DNA from: Syntrophales bacterium
Lineage (GTDB): Bacteria > Desulfobacterota > Syntrophia > Syntrophales > UBA5619
Assembly: GCA_040765725.1 (NCBI GenBank)
Contig: JAXGRQ010000007.1
Span: 8,140-72,139, forward strand
Length of the DNA stretch: 64,000 nt
Direction: 5' to 3'
The notes beneath the pieces are model-generated. The model was not told where the DNA came from and made no database searches. It saw only the letters and a list, made by a program, of their open reading frames with translations. The position numbers and the translations under genes were made by a program. Below, piece by piece: positions 27,219-35,001 of the stretch (position 1 is its first letter; each line of letters starts with the position of its first letter).

Positions 27219-28196
27219 TCAGGCCATTTCCAGGTCGAAAAGGACCTTCAGGGCATCTCTTTGCTGCGCCCGTTCGAAGGCCTTCTCCGCGTCCCGGAGC
27301 GCATAACGTCCGGTGATGAGCTTTTCCAGAGGCATGTCGGGAAAATCCCGCATCATGGCCATGCCGTCGCCGAATCTGCCGCACCGGGAACCCAGGACCG
27401 TCTGTTCATGGATGACGATCGGAGACAGGTTGATGTCCCCCTGAAGCGCAATCGTCGACTTCAACACAATCGTTCCCCGGGGTCTGCAAAGGGACATGGC
27501 CCGGGCGATTCCCTGACCGGAGCCGGTCGCGTCCACAACGATATCCGCGCCGGATTCGATCTCCTCTTCATGCAATACGGTTTTGATGTGGCGCCACCGG
27601 GCAAGGTCCAGTTTTTCCGGGTGATGCCCGGCGATCGTCACATCGGAGGCCGTGGTGGCCAAGGCCCAGGCGCAAAGGATTCCCAATCTGCCGTCCCCCA
27701 GGACGACGATTTGTTCCGTTCCGCTTAGGGGAAGCTGTTCCAGGATTTCACAGGCCGCGGACAGAGGTTCCGTCAGAACGGCCCGTTCATCGGATATCGT
27801 TTCCGGCACCTCAAAGAGATTTGTCGTGGGCAGCATGCAGAAATCCGCCATGCAGCCGTCAAGGCGATCGATGCCGAGGGTGGTTCGGTTCGGGCAGTGA
27901 CGGCCCAGTCCCCGATTGCACCAGCTACAGTTGCCGCATGCGGCATTGATTTCACCGACAACCCTTCGGCCGACCCAGGCCGCGTCATCGCATCGATCCA
28001 CGATGCCGACGAATTCATGCCCCATGATCCCGGTAAACCCCATGTACCCTTTCATGATCTCCAGATCGGTCCGACAAATTCCCGCCAGGCGGACCTTGAT
28101 TCTCGCCCAGCCGGGTTTTGTCTCCGGCAAAGGATAATCCGTTCCATAACGCAGTTCCTGATCGAATACGATTGCTCTCATGACCTCCATCCTCAT
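27219..28196 (-). CDS. Zinc-dependent medium-chain dehydrogenase/reductase (alcohol/threonine dehydrogenase family)
   Basis: 325 aa. GICRTDLE, GHEFVG, structural-Zn CGNCSWCNRGLGRHC, Rossmann VVLGDGRLG. Start may be one of three ATGs (28196, 28190, 28181). Confidence 0.88.
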   Translation of the reverse strand: MRMEVMRAIVFDQELRYGTDYPLPETKPGWARIKVRLAGICRTDLEIMKGYMGFTGIMGHEFVGIVDRCDDAAWVGRRVVGEINAACGNCSWCNRGLGRHCPNRTTLGIDRLDGCMADFCMLPTTNLFEVPETISDERAVLTEPLSAACEILEQLPLSGTEQIVVLGDGRLGILCAWALATTASDVTIAGHHPEKLDLARWRHIKTVLHEEEIESGADIVVDATGSGQGIARAMSLCRPRGTIVLKSTIALQGDINLSPIVIHEQTVLGSRCGRFGDGMAMMRDFPDMPLEKLITGRYALRDAEKAFERAQQRDALKVLFDLEMA

Positions 28197-28204
28197 CTTC
28201 TCTC

Positions 28205-29233
28205 TCAGGATGAGCGAAACGCTCTGGCTTTTTTCTTGAGTTCCCGAAAATAATCCGTCTCGACGATTTCGCGAACCTCCTCGTCCTTGCGTTTGCGGTC
28301 GATTTTGATCTGGAGATCCTGAACCTGCTGTCGCAAGGACCGCTCCCGCTCCTGAACCGTTTTGGCCATTTTCTGAAGGACCCGCGAAAGCCGCCCCAGT
28401 TCGTCGTTCCGGGAGGATACTGAATCGAGCAGAGAAAGATCGTAATGTCCGCTTTCGACTTCCTGGGACGCCCGGCTCATCTTGATCACAGGATCGGTAA
28501 AACGACGCACGAAGACAACGGATGCCAGGAATCCGACTACCAGCAGAAATACCGATACGATCCCGGCAATATAGAAGTTTTCGATGACGGCCTCCTGAGA
28601 AACGAGATCATCCAGTATCGACAAGGTGATGGAGACCGCGGTGCTGAAAACGGCCAGCAGCAGCAGGATCGTCACCAGGGAAATCGTTCTGATTTCCAGC
28701 GTCAGCATGATTTTCCGGAAGGCCAGCAAAATGACGGGCACGAGGATGAACCCGTTGACCGCATCGGTCAGAAAGGCCGGCAGAATCCATGAGGGAAATG
28801 AGGAGGGAAAGGTCATGTGATGGAGGAAACAGACATCCAGCAGGACGGCGAAAGCGACGGCGATCCCGCTGGCCAGAACGACGCTCATTTGAAGGATGCC
28901 GAATTCACGGACGGTGCCGATTTTGACGATGCCGAAATACCGGATGAGTCCCGGGATGAACCCCATCAGTCCGTTGGCCAGATGCCAGTTCCAGAATTTC
29001 CAGAGGCCGAATCCCGAAATGCCGTCCCCGATGATATTGCCGGCAAAGCCGACGATGAATCCCGCCGGCGGATTCACAAGAATCCCCACGACCATCGGCA
29101 GAGCGATTTGGGGACGAATGGAGATGAAAGGCGCCGAGGGCAGGAGGATGATATTGGAGAGGCTGTTGAGGACCCCATAGACCAGGCCCCAACCGCATCC
29201 GATCAAAAGAATTCTTCGGACATCTCCGATCAT
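28205..29233 (-). CDS. Membrane protein: ECF-S-component-like polytopic domain + HAMP + C-terminal coiled coil, no recognisable output domain
   Basis: 342 aa. About 6-7 TM segments with NPPAGFIVGFAGNIIGDGISG (ECF-S-like motif). HAMP-like FVRRFTDPVIKMSRASQEVESGHYDL...NDELGRLSRVLQKMA. Charged helical tail. Confidence 0.55.
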   Translation of the reverse strand: MIGDVRRILLIGCGWGLVYGVLNSLSNIILLPSAPFISIRPQIALPMVVGILVNPPAGFIVGFAGNIIGDGISGFGLWKFWNWHLANGLMGFIPGLIRYFGIVKIGTVREFGILQMSVVLASGIAVAFAVLLDVCFLHHMTFPSSFPSWILPAFLTDAVNGFILVPVILLAFRKIMLTLEIRTISLVTILLLLAVFSTAVSITLSILDDLVSQEAVIENFYIAGIVSVFLLVVGFLASVVFVRRFTDPVIKMSRASQEVESGHYDLSLLDSVSSRNDELGRLSRVLQKMAKTVQERERSLRQQVQDLQIKIDRKRKDEEVREIVETDYFRELKKKARAFRSS

Positions 29234-29985
29234 GCCGTTAACCTTTGCGCGATTCGTCTCATTTCCCGGCTGATGATGTGGTCCGGATAGCGAAGGGAAA
29301 AGATGCCGGAGCTGCCCAGATCCAGCATATCCTCGTCGTGGGGGAGCACGCCGACCACCGCGCAGTCATAGGCGGAAGCCGCCTTGGCGGCCAGGGCCTC
29401 CCGGTCGACGCGGCCAGGAACCTTGTTGAGGACGATATACATTTCGGGAACCTCCAACTGCCGGGACACCTCAACGGTGACCGCCGTTCCCTGATAGTCC
29501 TGCTGATCGGGCCGAAGAATGATCAGCAGAACATCGGCCGTGGCAATGGACATCAGGGTTTCTTCATTGAGGCCGGGATGCGTATCGATAAAAAGATAAT
29601 CCAGCGGCAGTTGCCGAATCAACTGCCGGTATCCCTCTTTCAGCAGCGTGACGTCATAGCCGTAATGGAGCACGCGGGCAATGTCTCCGGCCCGGATGCT
29701 GGACGGAACAAGGAAAAGGCGGCCCGTCGCGTCGGCGCCGAGGGTCTTTGTGACATCATAGGCCGTGCGGGCAATGTCGCATTTGCCCCAAAGGTAATCG
29801 TTCAAGGCGTAGGGAATATCGTTTGTGTCCAAATCGAACAGAACGTGAATGCCCGGCGATTGGATGTCCGTATCGACCATGCCGACACGAAAGCCCTCCC
29901 GGGCGAGAAGACACGCCAAATTGGCCGTTGTGTTCGATTTTCCGGTTCCTCCCCGGAAGGAGTGGATTGCGATGATCTTTGCCAT
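29230..29985 (-). CDS. MinD/ParA-family P-loop ATPase
   Basis: 251 aa. MAKIIAIHSFRGGTGKSNTTANLA (deviant Walker A with R in place of the signature K), DTD, LFIDTHPG. 4-nt overlap with the next gene. Confidence 0.85.
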   Translation of the reverse strand: MAKIIAIHSFRGGTGKSNTTANLACLLAREGFRVGMVDTDIQSPGIHVLFDLDTNDIPYALNDYLWGKCDIARTAYDVTKTLGADATGRLFLVPSSIRAGDIARVLHYGYDVTLLKEGYRQLIRQLPLDYLFIDTHPGLNEETLMSIATADVLLIILRPDQQDYQGTAVTVEVSRQLEVPEMYIVLNKVPGRVDREALAAKAASAYDCAVVGVLPHDEDMLDLGSSGIFSLRYPDHIISREMRRIAQRLTA

Positions 29986-30066
29986 GAAACGTCCGCCGTC
30001 CTCGGTCTCTATGATCCGCGCAGGAAGCGCGAAACGTCAAAAATGATCCTTGATCCCGCGCGTTGC

Positions 30067-30095
30067 ATCTTATACATCCTTTTCGTCGGTGACAA
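30067..30095 (-). promoter_or_regulatory. Candidate promoter of the four-gene operon (TTGTCA-17-TAAGAT on the minus strand)
   Basis: Plus-strand tgacaa at 30090-30095 and atctta at 30067-30072, about 80 nt upstream of ATG 29985. Confidence 0.4.
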
Positions 30096-30183
30096 TAGGG
30101 AAAACGATTGATTGCCGGGCTCCTCGTAGAGAGCTAAGCGGCGGCTGAAGAACGCTCGCGAGATGGAGTCCGGTGGGGGCAAA

Positions 30184-30357
30184 ACGACCTTCGAGGCGGA
30201 ATACAAGGGACGGCGGGAGGACCTCGGCCGGGATATCCTCCGGGCCTCCGTGGAGCTCGGCTGGAAGGTGACGAGGGTCCGCGCCGAGGGGGCGCGGAGC
30301 ACCTGGAAGCGGGCGGCCGTCGGCCCACTGGTCCGGAGCTCCTATCACGTCGAAGAG
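30184..30357 (+). pseudogene. lipA 3'-end remnant (contains direct repeat copy 2, 30310-30357)
   Basis: Track ORF 30163..30441 translates ...FEAEYK...ELGW...AAVGPLVRSSYHVEE, echoing the LipA C-terminus. No upstream lipA body. Confidence 0.6.
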
Positions 30358-30764
30358 CTGGCGGATTTGAAAAAAAATAAAAACTCGTTTGGTGAAAAGA
30401 CTTTTACGCCTTGGCATCGTTCAGCAGGGAAATGTTTTTGATTTCCCGTAACAAGGCATGCAGCCTGACTCGCAAGAGTGACTTCGAGAAAAGGCTCATC
30501 ATCCAAATCGGGAAGCGAATGGGACAAAGGGGAAGGCGCAACGGCCCGTCCGCGATAAACGATATAGTCCAATATAGCGGCAACCTTTTCTGCTTCAAAC
30601 CCAAACCTTGGGCGTCGTAGAACCTCTTCGTATTCTGATAAAATCCGTGCATCAAAGGAAAGTGTCAGGTTGCCGGCGGAGATCATGCGCACAATCTCGC
30701 CACAAGCCCCGAATGGCGATAAAAGACCCGCAACCAGAACATTGGTATCAATGACAATGTCCAT
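30345..30764 (-). CDS. PIN-domain toxin (VapC-like, type II TA)
   Basis: 139 aa. MDIVIDTNVLVAGL..., acidic residues spaced as in PIN. One-nt overlap with the upstream antitoxin. 3' end runs 13 nt into the lipA repeat. Confidence 0.8.
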   Translation of the reverse strand: MDIVIDTNVLVAGLLSPFGACGEIVRMISAGNLTLSFDARILSEYEEVLRRPRFGFEAEKVAAILDYIVYRGRAVAPSPLSHSLPDLDDEPFLEVTLASQAACLVTGNQKHFPAERCQGVKVFSPNEFLFFFKSASSST

Positions 30765-31048
30765 CAGGCACGCTGTTCACGGACCGATTTAATTTCCGCA
30801 TTGATTTCATCCAACGAAATCTTATCTGTACCATTCTCTGCAGACTTCCGCTGGAGAGAGACCACGGCCTCAACCGCGCGTGACCGGCGGAATGCCGACA
30901 GTGATTCCTCGAGATTTTCCTCGGTGATTGACGCAAGAATGGCTATTGGCCGCCCATTGCTGGTAACAATCATTTCCCTTTCATCAGAGAGTTCTTTCCA
31001 GATTTGTGCGGACTTTCCTCTTAAATCCCGGACACTTAAAAATTTCAT
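30764..31048 (-). CDS. Phd/YefM-family antitoxin
   Basis: 94 aa. MKFLSVRDLRGKSAQIWKELSDEREMIVTSNGRPIAIL, typical Phd/YefM N-terminus. Confidence 0.8.
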   Translation of the reverse strand: MKFLSVRDLRGKSAQIWKELSDEREMIVTSNGRPIAILASITEENLEESLSAFRRSRAVEAVVSLQRKSAENGTDKISLDEINAEIKSVREQRA

Positions 31049-31100
31049 GGTCGTATCCTCCCTTTGTGCACCATATCATGTACACAAACGTCACCCATTG

Positions 31101-31571
31101 TCAATTCTTTTTCGGCCATCCCTTGTTCAACCGGCGGACAAGGAAACGATCGAGCTGGTCGGCAAAGGCCTGGCAGTCCTTCTTCTCGAAGGCCGGCGGA
31201 CCGCCCGTCATCAGGCCGCCGTCCCGCAGTTCGCTCAGCAGATCCCGAACCGCCAGACGTTCCTTGACGTTCTCCTCCGTGTAAAGCTTGCCCCGGGGAT
31301 TCAGCGCAAAGGCGCCCTTGGAGACGACCCGGTCCGCGAGCGGAATGTCCGCCGTAATCACCAGATCGCCCGGCCCAATCAGCTCGGCGATGCGGTCATC
31401 GGCGATGTCCGGCCCGCCGGGGACGAGAAGGCTCGAAATCAACGGCGACGGCTCCCGTCGGACAGGCTTGTTGGCCACGAAGACAACGGGCACGCCCAGG
31501 CGATGGGCGGCCCGGATCAGGATCTCCTTCGCCGCCCGAGGAAACCCGTCCGCATCGACGTAGATTTGCAT
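31101..31571 (-). CDS. YaiI/YqxD-family protein (DUF188)
   Basis: Internal start MQIYVDADGFPRAAKEILIRAA (ATG 31571) of ORF 31101..31829. ITADIPLA motif typical of the family. Confidence 0.8.
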   Translation of the reverse strand: MQIYVDADGFPRAAKEILIRAAHRLGVPVVFVANKPVRREPSPLISSLLVPGGPDIADDRIAELIGPGDLVITADIPLADRVVSKGAFALNPRGKLYTEENVKERLAVRDLLSELRDGGLMTGGPPAFEKKDCQAFADQLDRFLVRRLNKGWPKKN

Positions 31572-31606
31572 GGAGGTCCTTTCCGCGGAAAGACGAAGGC
31601 GCCCCT

Positions 31607-31822
31607 TCAGGCGCCCAAAATTTCCTTCACCCGGCCGACGATGCCGCTCTCCAGGCGCACCTTGATGCCGTGGGGGTGACGGGACGATTTCGTCAGCAGG
31701 TCCCGGACGACCCCTTCCGTGAGGGCGCCGCTTCGCTGGTCCTCTTTCCGGACCACCCTCACCCGCATGCCGGGCGCGACGTCGGATCGGTTGTTGCCGT
31801 TCATGGGTCCGTCCTCCAACAT
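31607..31822 (-). CDS. YwbE-family small protein
   Basis: 71 aa. NRSDVAPGMRVRVVRKEDQRSGALTEGVVRDLLTKSSRHPHGIKVRLESGIVGRV matches the YwbE family pattern. Confidence 0.75.
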   Translation of the reverse strand: MLEDGPMNGNNRSDVAPGMRVRVVRKEDQRSGALTEGVVRDLLTKSSRHPHGIKVRLESGIVGRVKEILGA

Positions 31823-31834
31823 AGACCACCGTCG

Positions 31835-32101
31835 CTATTCATAGTGCGTCCACATCCGGATCACTTTCACCGTCTTGATGTCATCGAGAACTTGGTAGAC
31901 CAAGCGGTGTTTTATGTTGATTCTTCGGGAATATGGGCCGGAAAGATCTCCTACGAGCTTCTCATATGGCGGGGGATTCCGGAAAGGGTCTTCCTTGAGG
32001 ATGTCCAATAGGATATTGGCCTGAGGTTTAAAGCCGGATTGTGCTATCTTCTTCGCATCTCTTTTTGCCTGCTTTGTGAAAACCAGACGCCAACTCACCA
32101 T
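31835..32101 (-). CDS. yoeB: Txe/YoeB-family toxin (type II TA)
   Basis: 88 aa. ...LSGPYSRRINIKHRLVYQV...VIRMWTHYE. Confidence 0.88.
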   Translation of the reverse strand: MVSWRLVFTKQAKRDAKKIAQSGFKPQANILLDILKEDPFRNPPPYEKLVGDLSGPYSRRINIKHRLVYQVLDDIKTVKVIRMWTHYE

Positions 32102-32337
32102 CCGGGCGCCTCATCGCACTTTTCTATGGGAATTTTAAGGCCTTTCTGGATGGATTCCCGCATCCCCGGTATCGACAGGAGATACAAGGTCTCTTCTATG
32201 GCCCTCCAGTCCTCCTCGGAAACAAGAACTGCCGAACTTCTCTTTCCGACGATCTGGACCGGCACGTGTGTCTCTCTGACCTCGTCAACCAGCTTGTAGA
32301 GCCGTTTTCTTGCATCGGATGCCGACAATGTTGTCAT
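32095..32337 (-). CDS. yefM: Phd/YefM-family antitoxin
   Basis: 80 aa. LSASDARKRLYKLVDEVRETHVPVQIVGKRSSAVLVSEEDWRAIEETLYL. 7-nt overlap with yoeB. Confidence 0.88.
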   Translation of the reverse strand: MTTLSASDARKRLYKLVDEVRETHVPVQIVGKRSSAVLVSEEDWRAIEETLYLLSIPGMRESIQKGLKIPIEKCDEAPGW

Positions 32338-32440
32338 TCTTCTCGATCTCCTTATCGTACGGCATACCGTACGCTAGCGCTCTTGTGATGTCAAGTCATT
32401 TCACAACAAACACGAGTTTCGCCGCGGCCCGCAGCAGCGG

Positions 32441-33004
32441 TCATCGGCCGCCGAGTTCGTCTTCCAACTGCCCGACGACATCTCCGACGAAATCGTGAAA
32501 TCCCCAGCCGATGCCGTCGGTCATCTGCTCTACTCTTGCCAACCGGTCACGGAACTGTGGATACATCTCCCGCGCCTTGCCGCGCAGCAAGGCGGCCAGT
32601 TCATCCAGCGCCGACTCGACGCTGTCATAGAACCGTTCGTCCATGTCTCCATACTCGTGAGTGAACCTCGCGCCGTTCTCCACAAAGGTCATTAGCAGTT
32701 CCGCCGTATCGGGGATGTTGCCCGTGGCCTTGCGGTAATCGCGGATGGCCTTACGCGCCTCGTCCAACTTCAGCTTGCCATCGCCTCGCTCTGGAAAGAA
32801 CTGCTCCACGATTTTGCCACGATACTTTTCCAGGGCCTCGTCGCCGCGCTTTCCGGCCTGACAGCGGGCATGGATGAAGTCGCGGTTACCCCCGGTAGTT
32901 TCGTACAGGTCTTTCAATAGTGCGAGCAGTGCGGGCTTCTCCCAGTCGCCGAGTTGTCGGCGGACCGCGCTCCAGCCGACCGGTTTCTTGGTTGTTTTTG
33001 TCAT
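32441..33004 (-). CDS. Hypothetical protein (187 aa, helical, acidic C-terminus)
   Basis: Clean ORF, 4-nt overlap (ATGA) with the upstream wHTH gene. No family recognised by eye. Confidence 0.55.
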   Translation of the reverse strand: MTKTTKKPVGWSAVRRQLGDWEKPALLALLKDLYETTGGNRDFIHARCQAGKRGDEALEKYRGKIVEQFFPERGDGKLKLDEARKAIRDYRKATGNIPDTAELLMTFVENGARFTHEYGDMDERFYDSVESALDELAALLRGKAREMYPQFRDRLARVEQMTDGIGWGFHDFVGDVVGQLEDELGGR

Positions 33005-33303
33005 GGTTTGAATAGACCAGGTTGGATCCGTTTCAAAGGAGGCAATGATTCGGGCGGAACGATCAGGGTGACGCTGCGTGCCTGTCCAGGCACGCGCCGA
33101 ATCAAACCCCGCCTCTCCAGCGTGAGCACCATCGAATGAACGCTCGGCGGCGTGATCTGAAAAAACCGCTGCATGTCGGCTTCAGCGGGAGCACGACCGT
33201 TCACGATGCTGTATTGATGGATGTAGGCCAGGAACTGGCCTTGTCGCTCGGTGTAGGTCGGGTTCATCAACTTTTGTTGCCGGTCAACATTGGCGCCATT
33301 CAT
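33001..33303 (-). CDS. Stand-alone LexA-N-terminal-like winged-helix DNA-binding protein
   Basis: 100 aa. TERQGQFLAYIHQYSIVNGRAPAEADMQRFFQITPPSVHSMVLTLERRGLIRRVPGQARS resembles the LexA/MarR-type wHTH. Confidence 0.6.
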   Translation of the reverse strand: MNGANVDRQQKLMNPTYTERQGQFLAYIHQYSIVNGRAPAEADMQRFFQITPPSVHSMVLTLERRGLIRRVPGQARSVTLIVPPESLPPLKRIQPGLFKP

Positions 33304-33320
33304 GTCTCATGCCTTCGAGA

Positions 33321-33863
33321 TTACCTTGCCCATTTTGGGCAGTTCTCTTTGATGAAGTCACCCATTTCGCCTGCAAACCGCCCATTCCCTTTTTGTTTTT
33401 GCCAATTTTTTAGAACAAATTCGAAGCATTCACCGGCTACGTCAGACGCCCAATTTCGGAATTCAGACTTTGCCTCTTTTTCGAATCTGTAAAGTCCCTT
33501 GAGAACCCCCATGCAATATAACTTCTCCTCCTCGTGCAGTCCAATGTTATGATATCTCTGGATTTGGTAGCTGAACTGGTCAATCTCCTCTTCAACCATT
33601 TCCATGGCCATGTCTTCGGGTGACGTGTATCCATCGCTGTGGGAACCGGACCTATCCCATAGTTCGTGCACATCAATTGACTCCAAAGCAAAAAATACAT
33701 CCTCGGCAATCTCATCCGGATCGACGGGACCAAGCAGCTTTTCCGCTTCGTTAACAATGATCTCTCGAACGTCACTTCGCTTTTCCCAAAGCACCTTCAG
33801 GATATGAACGGCCTGATCCGAAGTAATGTTGGTCAATATGCCTTTCACGTATTCTTCCTTCAT
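33321..33863 (-). CDS. Hypothetical protein (180 aa, acidic, AT-richer codons)
   Basis: Clean ORF. No family recognised. 4-nt overlap with the rhuM remnant stop. Confidence 0.5.
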   Translation of the reverse strand: MKEEYVKGILTNITSDQAVHILKVLWEKRSDVREIIVNEAEKLLGPVDPDEIAEDVFFALESIDVHELWDRSGSHSDGYTSPEDMAMEMVEEEIDQFSYQIQRYHNIGLHEEEKLYCMGVLKGLYRFEKEAKSEFRNWASDVAGECFEFVLKNWQKQKGNGRFAGEMGDFIKENCPKWAR

Positions 33864-34440
33864 TGAAGGGTACCTCTCTCACTTCTTCCGGCATCCACAC
33901 TGTAATCCATCGCCGTAGCATAGATGTCGGTAATCTTTTGGTAGAACTTCCGCTCACTCGCCCTGATTTCGCGGATCTCGGCCAGCAGGTTTTCAAAATA
34001 CTCGTTGCTGAGAAAGGAGCCGTTCTTCAGCCGCTCTTTGTCCAGCACATAGCCGCGAATCGCGTAGTCCTGCAAAACGCCGGTGGCCCACTGACGGAAC
34101 TGAATGGCGGGGGCCGAATTTACCCGAAAGCCCAAGGCAATGATGGCGTCGAGGTTATAATAATCAACATTTCTCGCCACCTCCCGACCGCCCTCTTTTT
34201 GAACTGTTCGGAAATTCCGAATAGTTGAGCCTTTAACGATTTCTCCCTGAGAATAAAGGTTTGACAGATGCTCATTGATCGTCGGAATCGTGACTTCGAA
34301 CAGAACCGCCATCAATTTTGCGTCGGCCAGACGGTTTCCTCGGCTACCCGCACTTCGATACCGTCTTCGCCCGCCTGACCGGTAAATATCAGGAACTCGG
34401 CGGTGCTGCTGCGGATTTGGAGTTTATTGTCATTTTTCAT
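33860..34440 (-). pseudogene. rhuM-family (virulence protein RhuM-like) gene, frameshifted and 3'-truncated
   Basis: N-terminal 45 codons (ATG 34440: MKNDNKLQIRSSTAEFLIFTGQAGEDGIEVRVAEETVWPTQN*) are out of frame with ORF 33860..34315 (LMAVLFEVTIPTINEHLSNLY...FYQKITDIYATAMDY). The shift lies at the A-run caaaattg (~34312-34319). The body stops well short of full-length RhuM. Confidence 0.7.
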
Positions 34441-34619
34441 GGCCGGCTCCTAACGTCATTTCGTTCCCGGGTTTCCTGCCCCATCATGCGTTGCTGGATC
34501 CACTTTTCGCTTCTGCCGTGCTGCCGCCAATATTCACGGGCGCGGTCCAGCAAACGGGCAGGATCGCTCATGTCCTGCATGCGTTCATAACCGACTTTTG
34601 CCAGCCAGAGCTTGATCGG
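34437..34619 (-). pseudogene. Unidentified gene fragment (60 codons, ...WLAKVGYERMQDMSDPARLLDRAREYWRQHGRSEKWIQQR...)
   Basis: Open only from an in-frame TAA at 34620-34622. Its stop overlaps the rhuM ATG (ATGA). No proper start or N-terminus. Confidence 0.35.
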
Positions 34620-34667
34620 TTATGCTGAAAAATACCACCGTTCATTCTCCTCGTCGTAATGACAAGG

Positions 34668-34970
34668 CTAAACGGGAACAGGCTCGTAACGATGAATGCG
34701 CGACAACGCATCCGAGAGGGCGTCTTTGGCCTGCGCCGTATCGTAATCGGTCTGCAAGCCCACCCAGAACGCATCGCTGGTGCCGAAGAAGCAGGACAGG
34801 CGCAGGCCGGTATCGGCGGTCACGGCCCGCTTGCCCGCGACGATCTCTCCGATGCGCCGTTGCGGCACTCCGATCTCCTTGGCGAGCCGGTACTGGGTAA
34901 TCCCCATCGGCTTCAAAAATTCCTCCAGCAGGATTTCGCCGGGGGTAGGGTAAGGTATTGCACGCGGCAT
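34668..34970 (-). CDS. higA: HigA-family antitoxin / XRE-type HTH protein (no adjacent HigB)
   Basis: Internal start MPRAIPYPTPGEILLEEFLKPMGITQYRLAKEIGVPQRRIGEIVAGKRAVTADTGLRL (ATG 34970) of ORF 34668..35315. Confidence 0.85.
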   Translation of the reverse strand: MPRAIPYPTPGEILLEEFLKPMGITQYRLAKEIGVPQRRIGEIVAGKRAVTADTGLRLSCFFGTSDAFWVGLQTDYDTAQAKDALSDALSRIHRYEPVPV

Positions 34971-35001
34971 GGTCACTCCCCTTTCATGATAATCGACGAT
35001 C

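Noticed and set aside
30163-30441. 92-aa ORF as a functional gene
   Set aside because: Its only recognisable content is a copy of the LipA C-terminus. It overlaps the PIN toxin gene on the other strand and has no RBS-like context. It is treated as a remnant.
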